Positions 10,861-21,789 of a stretch of 44,886 bases of DNA are shown one piece after another. The translations under genes and the position numbers were made by a program. Source of the DNA: Octopus bimaculoides (Eukaryota). The notes under the pieces are model-generated. The model had not been told where the DNA came from. It saw only the letters and a program-made list of their open reading frames with translations, and ran no database searches. Location of the stretch: NCBI RefSeq assembly GCF_001194135.2, contig NC_068991.1:48078937-48123822 (forward strand), written 5' to 3'. How positions within the stretch are numbered: position 1 is the first letter of the stretch; each line of letters opens with the position of its first letter.

Positions 10861-11390
10861 GCACAAGAAGGCTGAAACACGTCTGGCGTTTTCGTGAGTC
10901 ACTACTGTTACGATGTTCGTCTCGGTCCTATATATATTGTTTCTAACACATCCCTATGAAGAGATTTTCTTGCAAACAAAATCCACAGCAGCATGTATTT
11001 CAATTGTGTATATACATTATGCTGGTACACAGATAACTATTTTAATTAAATGTTTTAATTGCGTAAACCAAGTTTGTTACAGCCCGGCAATTTTCGGCAA
11101 TATCAGCGAATGTATTATCAGATGCTTCCTATGTATTCGAAGGAACAAAATTCGTTTAGGCATGTGACTGTCGAGTACTCGTCATTAACCACGCTCAGGA
11201 AGGTCGGAACGCATCTGATGCTCACGTAAGCCACTGCTATGGCGGTGTTCGTCTTGTTCTTATATATATTGTGCTTCTGACATAACTTATCAATGAAAAA
11301 TTTTCTCGCAGACAAAAGCTACAACATCATGCCTTTGAACTGGGTGTATACGTTATGTATTGTATACAGGTGACTATTTTAATTCAATGC
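10861..11390 (+). repeat. Diverged tandem duplication with a period of about 332 bp
   Basis: 10861-11050 aligns with 11193-11390 (cactactgttacgatgttcgtc / cactgctatggcggtgttcgtc; tatatattgt; gtatatacattatg / gtatacgttatg; actattttaatt). Confidence 0.8.
11160..11225 (+). CDS. Candidate 66-nt exon (ACDCRVLVINHAQEGRNASDAH), product unknown
   Basis: tttag acceptor and CAC|gtaagc donor with an open frame; the paralogous unit keeps a donor (TTC|gtgagt). An alternative 143-nt exon at 11083-11225 is also open in another frame. Confidence 0.3.
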
Positions 11391-11802
11391 TGTTCCACTT
11401 GCATACATCGAAATTCGTTATTAAACATTTGTTTCTCTTAGAAATCATTCGCACATGTTCTGACCAAATCAATTCACACAAATATATTAGATTAAACTTC
11501 TTTTTTTTACTATTTTGTCCAAATGTTTATTCTTTAACCGCTTCCTTTACATCTTTAATTACAAATTTTTAAGCTCTCAATAAATTAATTCTTCTATTTC
11601 AATTAATCAAATAAAATGACTTAATTTAAAGTAATATCCTTAATAATATTTGTTCTTTTTTCTTTCTTTATACATGTCTTACAACATTATGCAGAGGATA
11701 GTCTAGTGTCACTGCTTGGTCACATGTGTCATATTATCCATTAAAAATCTTGTACACTGACAGCTTTTTTTCCTAGCTGAGGAATAAGCCAACTGTTTGG
11801 AC

Positions 11803-12086
11803 GCAGACATGCTTGATTGAATGGTTAAGAAGTTCCATTCGCACTTATGAGGATTCAGGTTCGATTTTACACCGATTTTGAATGGAATTGTGCCGGGTGG
11901 ATTATATCTCTACTTTAAGGATCCAGCCTCGTCACATACTAAATCAAACTAATTCTGTCCGAGAATTATGCTAAGGGAATTATGTACACGCGTCTATGGA
12001 ATACTCAACCACTTACTTGTTAATTTAACGAGTAAGATATTTAGTTGATTAAACAACTCAATGTTCGTCGTCAAAACCGACGGAGG
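11803..12086 (+). mobile_element. tRNA-derived SINE, diverged
   Basis: tgattgaatggttaag (A box-like), caggttcgatttt (B box-like); 3' part shared with 2520-2640. Confidence 0.65.
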
Positions 12087-13021
12087 ACTGAGCATTAAAG
12101 AGAACACACGACTGGTTCCTCTTTTTACCATCGTACATAGCCACGAGTAAAGGTTCGCATTTTATTTTACTCACGATGCTTAGTTTTCGCTTGCAGCCAA
12201 ATTCGCTCTTGGCTCGTTATCTACTGAAGAATTTTCAGCAGTTTAAAAACATGTACATAACTTGATTTTCTGTTTACTGATGAAAAGTTTATACGTTTGT
12301 CTCTTCAGGATATATTCAATTGACAGCGTAATACACGAACATGCCTAAAGCCTATTACTCCAATCGACTTCGTAAAACACGAAACTACGTAAGTACATTT
12401 TTCAAAATACATTTTACTACATAATATTCAATCGACAGCGTAAAACACGATATCTGTGTAAATTCTTACAAACACATTTACATAAATCCGTCTTTATTGA
12501 TATTGTAAGTTAAGATATTATATTTACTATGTTCTAATTCCGTATAATAACCTGTGTTATCAAATAGCATGCTATATAATTATTCTTGCTTGCTTTTACA
12601 AATGAGATCGGAAGAGGTTTGTTTTCTGATGGTACGAAGGAAGCAAAAGGAAATTTATATATAATCCATTAACGCTATTATTTTATGTACAATATTTTTA
12701 TTTTCTATACACTGTTATCATTCAAACCAAAAAAACTCTATCAAAGTTACTTAATAAGTTATACTCTTTGCACTAAACATCGATATTTCCCAATTTCTAA
12801 TACTCTCACTACCGATTCACTCGTATCTCGTCCTTTCACAGCACACTCAATGTCCATTCCTACCAGCTTCAGCACTAACCTCATACCACTTCCTACTTCC
12901 TTGGATCGTCGGTCTCCAGGAATTCCTTTCTAGCTTATGTCTTACTTACGTGAGTCGACTTGCGACAATTTAAACGCAATAATAACAGCATTAATTTCAT
13001 TGGTCTCAGTGAACCTAATGA

Positions 13022-13352
13022 AAGCGCGTGGTTTAGTGGTTAGAGAGTCGAACTTAGGATCATGAGATTGTGAGTTTGTTTTCCGGACCCGGCTGTGTTG
13101 TCTTCTTGTGCAAGACACTTTATTTCGCGTTGCTCCAATTCACTCATCTACAGAAATGAGTTGCGACGTCACTGGTACCAAGATTTATCAACCTTTGCCT
13201 TTACCTTGGACAACATCGGTGGCGTGGAAAGGGGAAGCTGGTATGCTTGGGCGGCTGCTGGTCTTCCACAAACAACAATTCTTGGACTTATGCCTAGGAG
13301 GGGAACTTTCTAGGTGCAATCCCAAGATTATTCGTGACTGAAGGGGGTCTTT
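13022..13352 (+). mobile_element. tRNA-derived SINE with a CORE-like central domain
   Basis: TGGTTTAGTGG A box and a degenerate B box; gcaagacactttatttc..ttgctcc..cactcatctacagaaatgag resembles the CORE-SINE central domain. Confidence 0.75.
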
Positions 13353-14431
13353 TCTCCTTTACTCCCCAGATAGCCTGCAAAGGCCTTGGGCACAGTCACT
13401 TCCTCCAGATCCAGAAAGTTATAAATAAAATAAAAAATTTAATTTTTACTTACACAATTTTTCCCGTCGTAGTAAAGAACTGTTTTTCTTTTTTTATTTA
13501 ATTCTATTTTGTACAAAAATTTATTGAAATCTTCGTCCTACTCCTCGGCCGTATTGTTGACTATATATTGTTAACCGCTCACACGCACANNNNNNNNNNN
13601 NNNNNNNNNNNNNNNNNNNNNNNNNNNNNNNNNNNNNNNNNNNNNNNNNNNNNNNNNNNNNNNNNNNNNNNNNNNNNNNNNNNNNNNNNNNNNNNNNNNN
13701 NNNNNNNNNNNNNNNNNNNNNNNNNNNNNNNNNNNNNNNNNNNNNNNNNNNNNNNNNNNNNNNNNNNNNNNNNNNNNNNNNNNNNNNNNNNNNNNNNNNN
13801 NNNNNNNNNNNNNNNNNNNNNNNNNNNNNNNNNNNNNNNNNNNNNNNNNNNNNNNNNNNNNNNNNNNNNNNNNNNNNNNNNNNNNNNNNNNNNNNNNNNN
13901 NNNNNNNNNNNNNNNNNNNNNNNNNNNNNNNNNNNNNNNNNNNNNNNNNNNNNNNNNNNNNNNNNNNNNNNNNNNNNNNNNNNNNNNNNNNNNNNNNNNN
14001 NNNNNNNNNNNNNNNNNNNNNNNNNNNNNNNNNNNNNNNNNNNNNNNNNNNNNNNNNNNNNNNNNNNNNNNNNNNNNNNNNNNNNNNNNNNNNNNNNNNN
14101 NNNNNNNNNNNNNNNNNNNNNNNNNNNNNNNNNNNNNNNNNNNNNNNNNNNNNNNNNNNNNNNNNNNNNNNNNNNNNNNNNNNNNNNNNNNNNNNNNNNN
14201 NNNNNNNNNNNNNNNNNNNNNNNNNNNNNNNNNNNNNNNNNNNNNNNNNNNNNNNNNNNNNNNNNNNNNNNNNNNNNNNNNNNNNNNNNNNNNNNNNNNN
14301 NNNNNNNNNNNNNNNNNNNNNNNNNNNNNNNNNNNNNNNNTATATATATATGTATATATATACATATGCATATATATCTTACATGCATATATGCATATAC
14401 ACACATGCGCACACATCATACGCACTCACAC

Positions 14432-14465
<34 letters not shown>

Positions 14466-14557
14466 CGCGTACGCATACGTATCATTTCAAACAAACCTAG
14501 GAGTCTTTTTCCTGATAATTATGCAACCATTATATTTGTTGCTATAGAAACACTCAC

Positions 14558-14694
14558 TTCCTGCCTATCATTTCCACTGTCTCGACACTTAGAATATTGG
14601 AAGTAGTTCTCTTTGATCTCACAGTCTTTAGGAATCGAGTGACTGAACCTTAACGGTTTTCTCTGTTTATGTCTTAACCATGTGAAATCGCCTC
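14558..14694 (-). CDS. Candidate coding exon (GDFTWLRHKQRKPLRFSHSIPKDCEIKENYFQYSKCRDSGNDRQE), product unrecognised
   Basis: ttaccatcaatAG acceptor and GAA|GTGAGT donor; 137 nt open, phase 1 to phase 0; non-repetitive sequence. Confidence 0.4.
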
Positions 14695-14805
14695 CTATTG
14701 ATGGTAACAGTAAGATTAATTGCATTTCTTCAGCATGTTTTCGTATTTTTCATGTACTTCTTTTGGTTAGGATGTCTATTTTGTAGTACTAGCTATATAC
14801 TGGCT

Positions 14806-14852
<47 letters not shown>

Positions 14853-14934
14853 GTATGTATATATGTATTCTTTAAATTTTTCGTTGTTTTATTTACTGAG
14901 GACAGCGTCTTGACAGGTTAAGACGAACAAATCG

Positions 14935-15040
14935 AGCGCAGTACTTATTCTTTACCAACTATGGTATTCATTCTATCGATTAGTTTTGCTGAACTGCTAT
15001 ATTTCGGGAACATAAACAAACCAGCATCAGTTGTCAGCTG
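14935..15040 (-). mobile_element. SINE family B module
   Basis: gtacttattc..ctatcg..tttgctgaactgcta..aaacaaaccagcatcagttgtc is the reverse complement of 945-1135 and 38533-38700. Confidence 0.75.
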
Positions 15041-15534
15041 GTGTAGGGATAAGCACATAGACAAACATAGACACATACACACACATACACACACGTATGT
15101 GTGTGCATGTGTTTATCTACGAACATTTGTATGTATGTATCTGTCTGTCAGTATATCTATTCTGTCTATCTAATATATATANNNNNNNNNNNNNNNNNNN
15201 NNNNNNNNNNNNNNNNNNNNNNNNNNNNNNNNNNNNNNNNNNNNNNNNNNNNNNNNNNNNNNNNNNNNNNNNNNNNNNNNNNNNNNNNNNNNNNNNNNNN
15301 NNNNNNNNNNNNNNNNNNNNNNNNNNNNNNNNNNNNNNNNNNNNNNNNNNNNNNNNNNNNNNNNNNNNNNNNNNNNNNNNNNNNNNNNNNNNNNNNNNNN
15401 NNNNNNNNNNNNNNNNNNNNNNNNNNNNNNNNNNNNNNNNNNNNNNNNNNNNNNNNNNNNNNNNNNNNNATATATATACACATATACATACACACATTCA
15501 CAGAATAAATATTAAATTGACATTTATAAGAATG

Positions 15535-15950
15535 AATACAGTCATCACCTCAAAAGACATTATACTGCATTTAAAACTGATGTTTGTGCCAATTATCCTC
15601 CACAGGGCAGAAACTTGCATAAAGTATACAGCTATAGAGGAAAATATAGAAGACTTCGATATGAGGATCTTTCGCAGATTGACAGGATAATCTGGAAAGA
15701 TAGAGTAATTCATTCTGTAGTGCTAGAAAAGCTGAAGTTTAAAGACACGTATTGTCGAGAATCAAATCTGCAAAGGCATATTATTTTTGATATACAGTGC
15801 ATAATGAGTTGTTATTCAAGATCATTCTGACCGGAAATGTTGAGGGGAAGTGGGCAAGAGGGCGTCGATTGATAACATAAAATAATGGACTGGAAACAAG
15901 AGCATGGCTCTCGTTGTAGCACTTATATCTCGTACGGAACACATACATTC
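15535..15950 (+). mobile_element. RTE-clade LINE, 3' end remnant
   Basis: FVPIILHRAET..EDFDMRIFRRL..IIWKDRV..VLEK..LTGNVEGK.ARGRR..IDNIK.WTG, the post-RT C-terminus typical of RTE elements, with frameshifts. Confidence 0.8.
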
Positions 15951-16227
15951 ATGACTTCGAGTTTCTGTGAAACAAATTGATAAATTTGCATGCTTAAGCA
16001 TGCATTAAGCTTCTAAAAGCTGACGAAGTGCATCATTCTTTGGATTGTTGCACAAAAGATCAGATTCCTGAATGTAAGTGTTCCATACTTGTGTAATTTA
16101 ATAAATTCAATCCTCTATTTTCAACGATGTTGAGGTCTACATCTTGTTTCACGTCGTTTTTCGACACACACACGCACACACAGACACAGACACAGACACA
16201 GACACACACACACACACACACACACAT

Positions 16228-16392
16228 AGGCACAGGAGTGGCTGTGCGGTAAGTACCTTGCTTACACGCCACATAGTTCTGGGCTCAGTCCCACGGCGTT
16301 GGGCAAGTGTCTTCTACTATAGCCTCGGGCCGATCAAAGCCTTGTGAGTGGATTTGGTAGACGAAGAAACTGAAAGAAGCCTGTCGTGTATC
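16228..16392 (+). mobile_element. tRNA-derived SINE family C head
   Basis: ggagTGGCTGTGCGGtaag..GGGCTCAGTCCC..gggcaagtgtcttctactatagcc..gtgagtggatttggtagac; matches 37814 and 44627. Confidence 0.92.
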
Positions 16393-16730
16393 TATATTTA
16401 AAAAACTGAGAGGTTATGAAAAAAAAACAACAAAAAAAAACGAAACAATCCCTTCACCCCCAAAGAACCGAAGTATTCAAACAATTCAAAGTAGGATAAT
16501 TAAAAGTGGGTGACAGTGATTTAAAACAGAAAATCTCTTCAGTAAAAACTGTGTCAATCATGATATAGCATAAATTGCATCATGACTGATGGAAAACCGT
16601 GGAAAATTTGTAAATGTTATATAAAAATCATATAAGAAAGAAATGCGACAGTCGTAAGGAATCAGTAGATCGAAGATAAGACAAGAATGCGTCCGAAGCA
16701 TTTTATCCGACGCTGTAATGGTTTTTTAAA

Positions 16731-16948
16731 TTTCTTTATTGCTCACAAGGGGCTAAACATAGAAGGAACAAACAAGGATAGACAAACGGATTAAGTCGAT
16801 TACATCGACCACAGTGCGTAAATGGTACCCCGAAAGGATGAAAGGCAAAGTCGACCTCGGCGGAATTTGAACTCAGAACGTAACGGCAGACGAAATACCG
16901 CTAAGCATTTCGCCCAGCGTGCTAACATTTCTGACAGCTCGCCGCCTT
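16731..16948 (-). mobile_element. SINE family A with an alternative LINE-like 3' tail
   Basis: Family A head and body; tail tttctttattgctcacaaggggctaaacatagaagg. An extra 20-bp head fragment lies at 16961-16980. Confidence 0.9.
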
Positions 16949-16991
16949 GTTGTAATGGGTTTCTGCCAGCTCGCCGCCTTAATGATAATAA

Positions 16992-17201
16992 TCTTTTCTA
17001 CTATAGGCACAAGGCCTGAAATTTTTGTTTTGCGGGGATTACATCGTACCCAGTGTTTTCACTGGTACTTAACTTATTGACTCCGAAAGGATGAAAGGTA
17101 AAGTCGAACTCGGTGGAATTTGAACTCAGAACGTAGCAACGGACGAAATACCGCTCAGCATTTCGTCCGGCGTGCTAACGATTCTGCCAGATCGTCGCCT
17201 T
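16992..17201 (-). mobile_element. SINE family A
   Basis: Full head and ctactataggcacaaggcctgaaatttt tail. Confidence 0.9.
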
Positions 17202-17254
17202 AACAATAATGATAATGATGATATGATGATGATGATGATGACAATGTTAATAAT

Positions 17255-17370
17255 AACAAGAGCACTCTGAAAGCGGAAACCTCCATTTGCAGACCAACGC
17301 AACACTAACGTCCTCTGAACGATTAACCAGAGATGATTTTTAAAATGTGAATATCTGAAATAAAATCCTT
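17255..17370 (+). mobile_element. Possible 5' end of a non-autonomous Helentron-like (HINE) element
   Basis: aacaagagcactc..gcggaaacctcc next to an (AAT) tract; the subterminal aacctcc is roughly inverted relative to ggcggag at 18517-18523. Confidence 0.45.
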
Positions 17371-17478
17371 CAATGAATATCATGAGACCTTTTGGTTTTC
17401 TCTTCTCTTAAATTCCAGTCTTCCTTTAGTAATTCTGTCGTTTTAGATCGATGTATAGAATTATGTATATATGTAAGT

Positions 17479-17648
17479 GTACTGTAAAGTGTTAAAATTG
17501 TTGAAATTTTTGCAATCCAGCCGTCTTTTCCAGACCGAATTTCGTTTTTCTGAACCGATGGACCCTGAAGTGACTTATATATAATTGAACTGTGATTTTG
17601 TATACCAGAAAAAATGTAAGTCGAAACAATTTGTTGACTTTTTACAGT
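17479..17648. mobile_element. MITE-like element with imperfect TIRs of about 24 bp
   Basis: actgtaaagtgttaaaattgtt versus the reverse complement of aacaatttgttgacttttttacagt. Confidence 0.4.
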
Positions 17649-17870
17649 TTTTATAATTATTTATATATTATGTTATCTTATACATCATATTCATAGTATT
17701 TAATGTAATATTGTAATATAAACAAATTATTGAAAGTCAATGGAATATCTCTATATTTAATTTATCTTTATTATTGAATTATACCAATATTTGTATGGTA
17801 TCCAACTGAAGTACCAGTGAATTGGATGTTTAACACACCTCTTTGAAGGATTTCTTCTCCTCAGTTTGTT

Positions 17871-18028
<158 letters not shown>

Positions 18029-18341
18029 ACAGACCCGGAGTGAGAGGTGAAGGTAGAGGAAATGAATGGCAAAAGAAGCGTCGGATGAATGAGAAAGGAA
18101 GGGGTGATAGATGAATAACGAAGGAAGGAGTGAAAAAGCCGATAAATGGCGTTTGAAGTGTGGGTATATGAGTGTAAAAGAGAAAGGTATGTTTGCGTGC
18201 GTGTGTGTGTGTGTGCAATGGAAATGGGATGGTAATTTTCAACGCTGAAAATGTGTGAGTATATGTGTGCATGTATGTGCATGTAGGAGAGGATTATGTG
18301 AAACTTTACATACACATGTGAAGTAAAGAAAATATAAAAGA

Positions 18342-18526
18342 TTATCCAGAATCCTTGTCCGGTACCGGATCGATCCCAAAATCTAATCAGTTCATGTCAG
18401 TAATGAGGCCAAACATTCCTGAAAGTTTCATCCGAATCCATCCAGCGGTTCTTGAGATATCTTGTCTACGGGCAAACAAACAAACACGACTGAAACAATA
18501 CCTCGGCCTTCGCTAAGGCGGAGACA
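18342..18526 (+). mobile_element. 3' end of a HINE/Helentron-like non-autonomous element
   Basis: (CAAA)n, then a GC hairpin ctcggcctt-cgct-aaggcggag (18502-18523) followed by (TAA)n. Confidence 0.55.
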
Positions 18527-18536
18527 ATAATAATAA

Positions 18537-19320
18537 TGCTCAGGACTCAAAGCAAAGACTGAAGGATTTTTAATTGCTGCACAAGACCAAAGCCTCCCCA
18601 CCAGAAATTACCAAAACCATATAAGGAAAAGAAACATAACAAGTCACTGCAGAACATGCGGAGAAGGACAAGAAACAATAAACCATATTGTCTCTGGCTG
18701 CCCATCTTGGCTAAGAAGAAATATATTCACAGACACAACAGAGTTGGGATCTATATATACTGGAAACTATGTCAACACGATGGAATAACAACGGCAAAAA
18801 GATGGTATAAGAACACGCCAGAAAAGGTCAGAGAAAATGAGAAAGCAACCATACTATGGGATATGCCAATACACACAGATAGAGAAATTAAGGCCAATAG
18901 GCCAGATATAGTTGTCAGAGATCATGAAGGAAAAAAATGTTTTCTAATTGATGTATCAGTACCAACAGATGGCAATGTTTCTCTAAAAGAAATAGAGAAA
19001 CTTTCAAAATACAAAGACCTGGAAATAGAGGTAACTCGAATGAGGAATCTAAAAACGGAAACAATTCATATCGTAATAGGCGCATTAGGTATGTTAAAAA
19101 AAATATTCAGCCAAATACATAACAAATACACCAGGACTAACAAATATATATAACATCCAGAAAATAGAACTATTAGGCACCGCACACATCCTACGTAAAA
19201 CACTTTCAATACAGTAACAATAAGAGCACTACAACAAACTACAGCACATACCCAAAGCACTCAGAGCAGCGCTCGGTAGTGCAGTAAAAGCACGTGATAA
19301 AATTAAGACTACTGAATGAT
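18537..19320 (+). mobile_element. R4/Dong-clade LINE, 5'-truncated (CCHC finger and RLE)
   Basis: SGLKAKTEGFLIAAQDQSL..CRTCG..ETINHIVSGC..HRHNRV..ILWD..ANRPDIVV..LIDVSVP..KLSKYKDL..IVIGALG..LGTAHILRKTLS. Confidence 0.93.
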
Positions 19321-19339
19321 AATAATAATGATACAATAA

Positions 19340-19480
19340 CCAGCATTGCTTGGAAGTGCAAGAATTCTTCACAGGGTTCTTGAACCATGACAGTAAAACA
19401 AGCGTCACCTTAGTCTGCTGGCTGTAGACAGCTGACACTTTCCATCATACCCAGCAATATAAGCTGTGAGTTTTAATACA
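19340..19480 (+). mobile_element. Second R4-type 3' end from a different subfamily
   Basis: Reads ALLGSARILHRVLEP* (stop at 19388-19390), then a short UTR and (AAT)n. Confidence 0.75.
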
Positions 19481-19505
19481 ATAATAATAATAACTAAACA
19501 AGTAA

Positions 19506-19577
<72 letters not shown>

Positions 19578-19581
<4 letters not shown>

Positions 19582-19672
19582 CCTACATGAACTTCTAACT
19601 TGTTGTCTCTTGAGGTCTCTGGGTGAGACTTGGATCCAACTTGTACAAATGCAAAACAAAAGTCAAACATAA

Positions 19673-19740
<68 letters not shown>

Positions 19741-19772
19741 TGATGATGATGATGATGATGACGATGATGATG

Positions 19773-19833
<61 letters not shown>

Positions 19834-19955
19834 AAATCCAAATATATGGTACCCTAGGCATAACACCTACATGAACTTCTAACTTGTTGTCTCTTGAGGT
19901 CTCTGGGTGAGACTTGGATCCAACTTGTATAAATGCAAAGCAAAAGTCAAACATA
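19578..19955 (+). mobile_element. Two near-identical R4-type 3' terminal fragments separated by (AAT)/(GAT) tracts
   Basis: 19578-19671 and 19862-19955 differ at 2 of 94 positions; each is followed by (AAT)n; the gaggtctctgggtgagacttgg motif resembles ctaggtgtcaggaagacactcgg at the end of the 5430-6935 element. Confidence 0.75.
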
Positions 19956-19971
19956 TAATAATGATAATGTT

Positions 19972-20125
19972 TTCTTCATAGGTTACGTGGGCCGAACACA
20001 AAACAAAAAGAGACAATACAGCACAAGGGACATATGGGGCTTGACACAAAACTTCGTGTATAAAATTGAAACAAGAACTAGCAATAAAAGTCAACTATAA
20101 AATTCCTCAAAAGTGGGGAGCTTCA
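19972..20125 (-). mobile_element. L1/Tx1-type LINE 3' UTR fragment
   Basis: gggccgaacacaaaaca..gacaataca is shared with the LINE terminus at 3893-3950. Confidence 0.6.
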
Positions 20126-20949
20126 CTCCAGAAAGTCATGCATACGGAGATTGATACGCTGATTCATAAAGTGAAAGCAATTGACTTGACGATGTTCTGT
20201 TTTTCCTTTTGATTCACCATCCTAATTTACGAAAATATTGCCCAACTAGCTCAAAGCTAGACATTTTAAAAGACGAAGCTGCACATAGTTAAACAATTGC
20301 AATAAATAAATAAGTAAAAATTATAAAATGTCTGCTATGAGAGATAAACAGATAAGTCATCCTCAGTAAGACCCGATCGCAGAAGATAGAAGGTGAGATA
20401 ACTAATTTCTGTAAAACCTCTTACCGTGTCTGTCCCTTGATAACTCTTGGTAGACTTAATATATCATCTGGTTTAGTACATTTACTTTTCATCCTTCTTG
20501 GATCAATTGGCGGAATTGTTAATGAGTTAGGCGAGATACCCTGAGGTTTCGGTTCTGCTTCGAATTTACACCGGCGCTGATGGCCAGGGATAATCAAGTG
20601 ATGACGTTTGCACATTATCAAAACGACAACTGACCAGAGTGAACATGTAAGCCTACGGTTTGATATGAATATACCAGCAATGGTAGGCTGAGACTTTCTC
20701 CAATCGTGGACTGATGATGGTTGAATGCAATGGAAATAACACGAACATTTAAACCAGGTTTATCGCCTGAGGATTACTCGTTGAGTTGCTCCCTTTTTTT
20801 GCTTATCAGGGCGCTGCTCTTCCTTCTCTGACAGAGCAACTTAAACAAAACATAAAACCCCAGAAAACCAAAAAACAAAAACTAAACAAAACAAAACCCT
20901 ACGATTTTTCAAGATATAGATACACAATTATAGGCGTAGATTTTAGGAC

Positions 20950-21004
20950 ACATCGTGGTCGTGGTCGTGGTCTTGGTCACCGACGTCATCATCATCATCA
21001 TCGT

Positions 21005-21042
<38 letters not shown>

Positions 21043-21043
21043 A

Positions 21044-21077
<34 letters not shown>

Positions 21078-21160
21078 GCTATCGTCATCATTGTCCTCTT
21101 CCTGCTCCTCCTTCTGCTCCTCTTCAGGATGATGATGATGATGATGATCATCATCATCAT
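20950..21160. repeat. (CAT)n/(GAT)n microsatellite
   Basis: Direct inspection. Confidence 0.95.
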
Positions 21161-21789
21161 CACCCTTTCATCCATTTATTAATTCATCCAATTCATTTGA
21201 TATTTCGATTTTCCAATTTCAATTTTTTTAATTTATTTACTTTTCTTTGAATATAATCATTATTTTCTCAAATCCGTTCTGATATTTAATCGGATCTGCT
21301 GTGATTTAGAACATCGTTTTTATTTCAAAGAAGAGATTTAGTCGATTGTTTTCATCGAAAGGAAAATTAAATCTTCCACATTTACTTGGCGATCTTTATT
21401 TCTTTACTCAAATCGTATTTATTTTTTACCAAAGACATGACAAATTATATGTATGTGTGTGTGTGAGTGTATCTATCTACCTACACACACAGACACACGC
21501 ACACACACATAGTTATGCACATACTTACATACATACACACACACATATACATATGTAAATATATACACATATATATTCACATGCATAAATATATAAATAT
21601 ATACATACATACTTATATATATATATATTTATACATATACACACACACTTATATACATACAAATATAAATATATATATAATGTAAATATATATTCATGTG
21701 TGTTTGTGTATTTGTTTGCTTGTGTGAGTGTGTGTATGCGCGCGCGTGTATGTGTGTATTTTCACAACATGTGTCCAAACGTAAAGTCA

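Noticed and set aside
12312-12450. CRISPR-like repeat-spacer reading of the triple motif
   Set aside because: Eukaryotic context, only three diverged repeats, unequal spacers and no cas genes.
13022-13095. tRNA gene calls for SINE heads (also at 16228, 23398 and 44627)
   Set aside because: A and B boxes are present, but there is no closed cloverleaf or oligo-T terminator, and the sequence continues into SINE bodies.
20786-21250. Poly-His ORF; similarly the Thr-rich ORF 28980..29453, the poly-Glu ORF 31035..31262 and the poly-Leu/Asn/Ser ORFs at 3.2-3.9 kb
   Set aside because: These are translations of trinucleotide microsatellites, open in several frames, with no splice or homology support.
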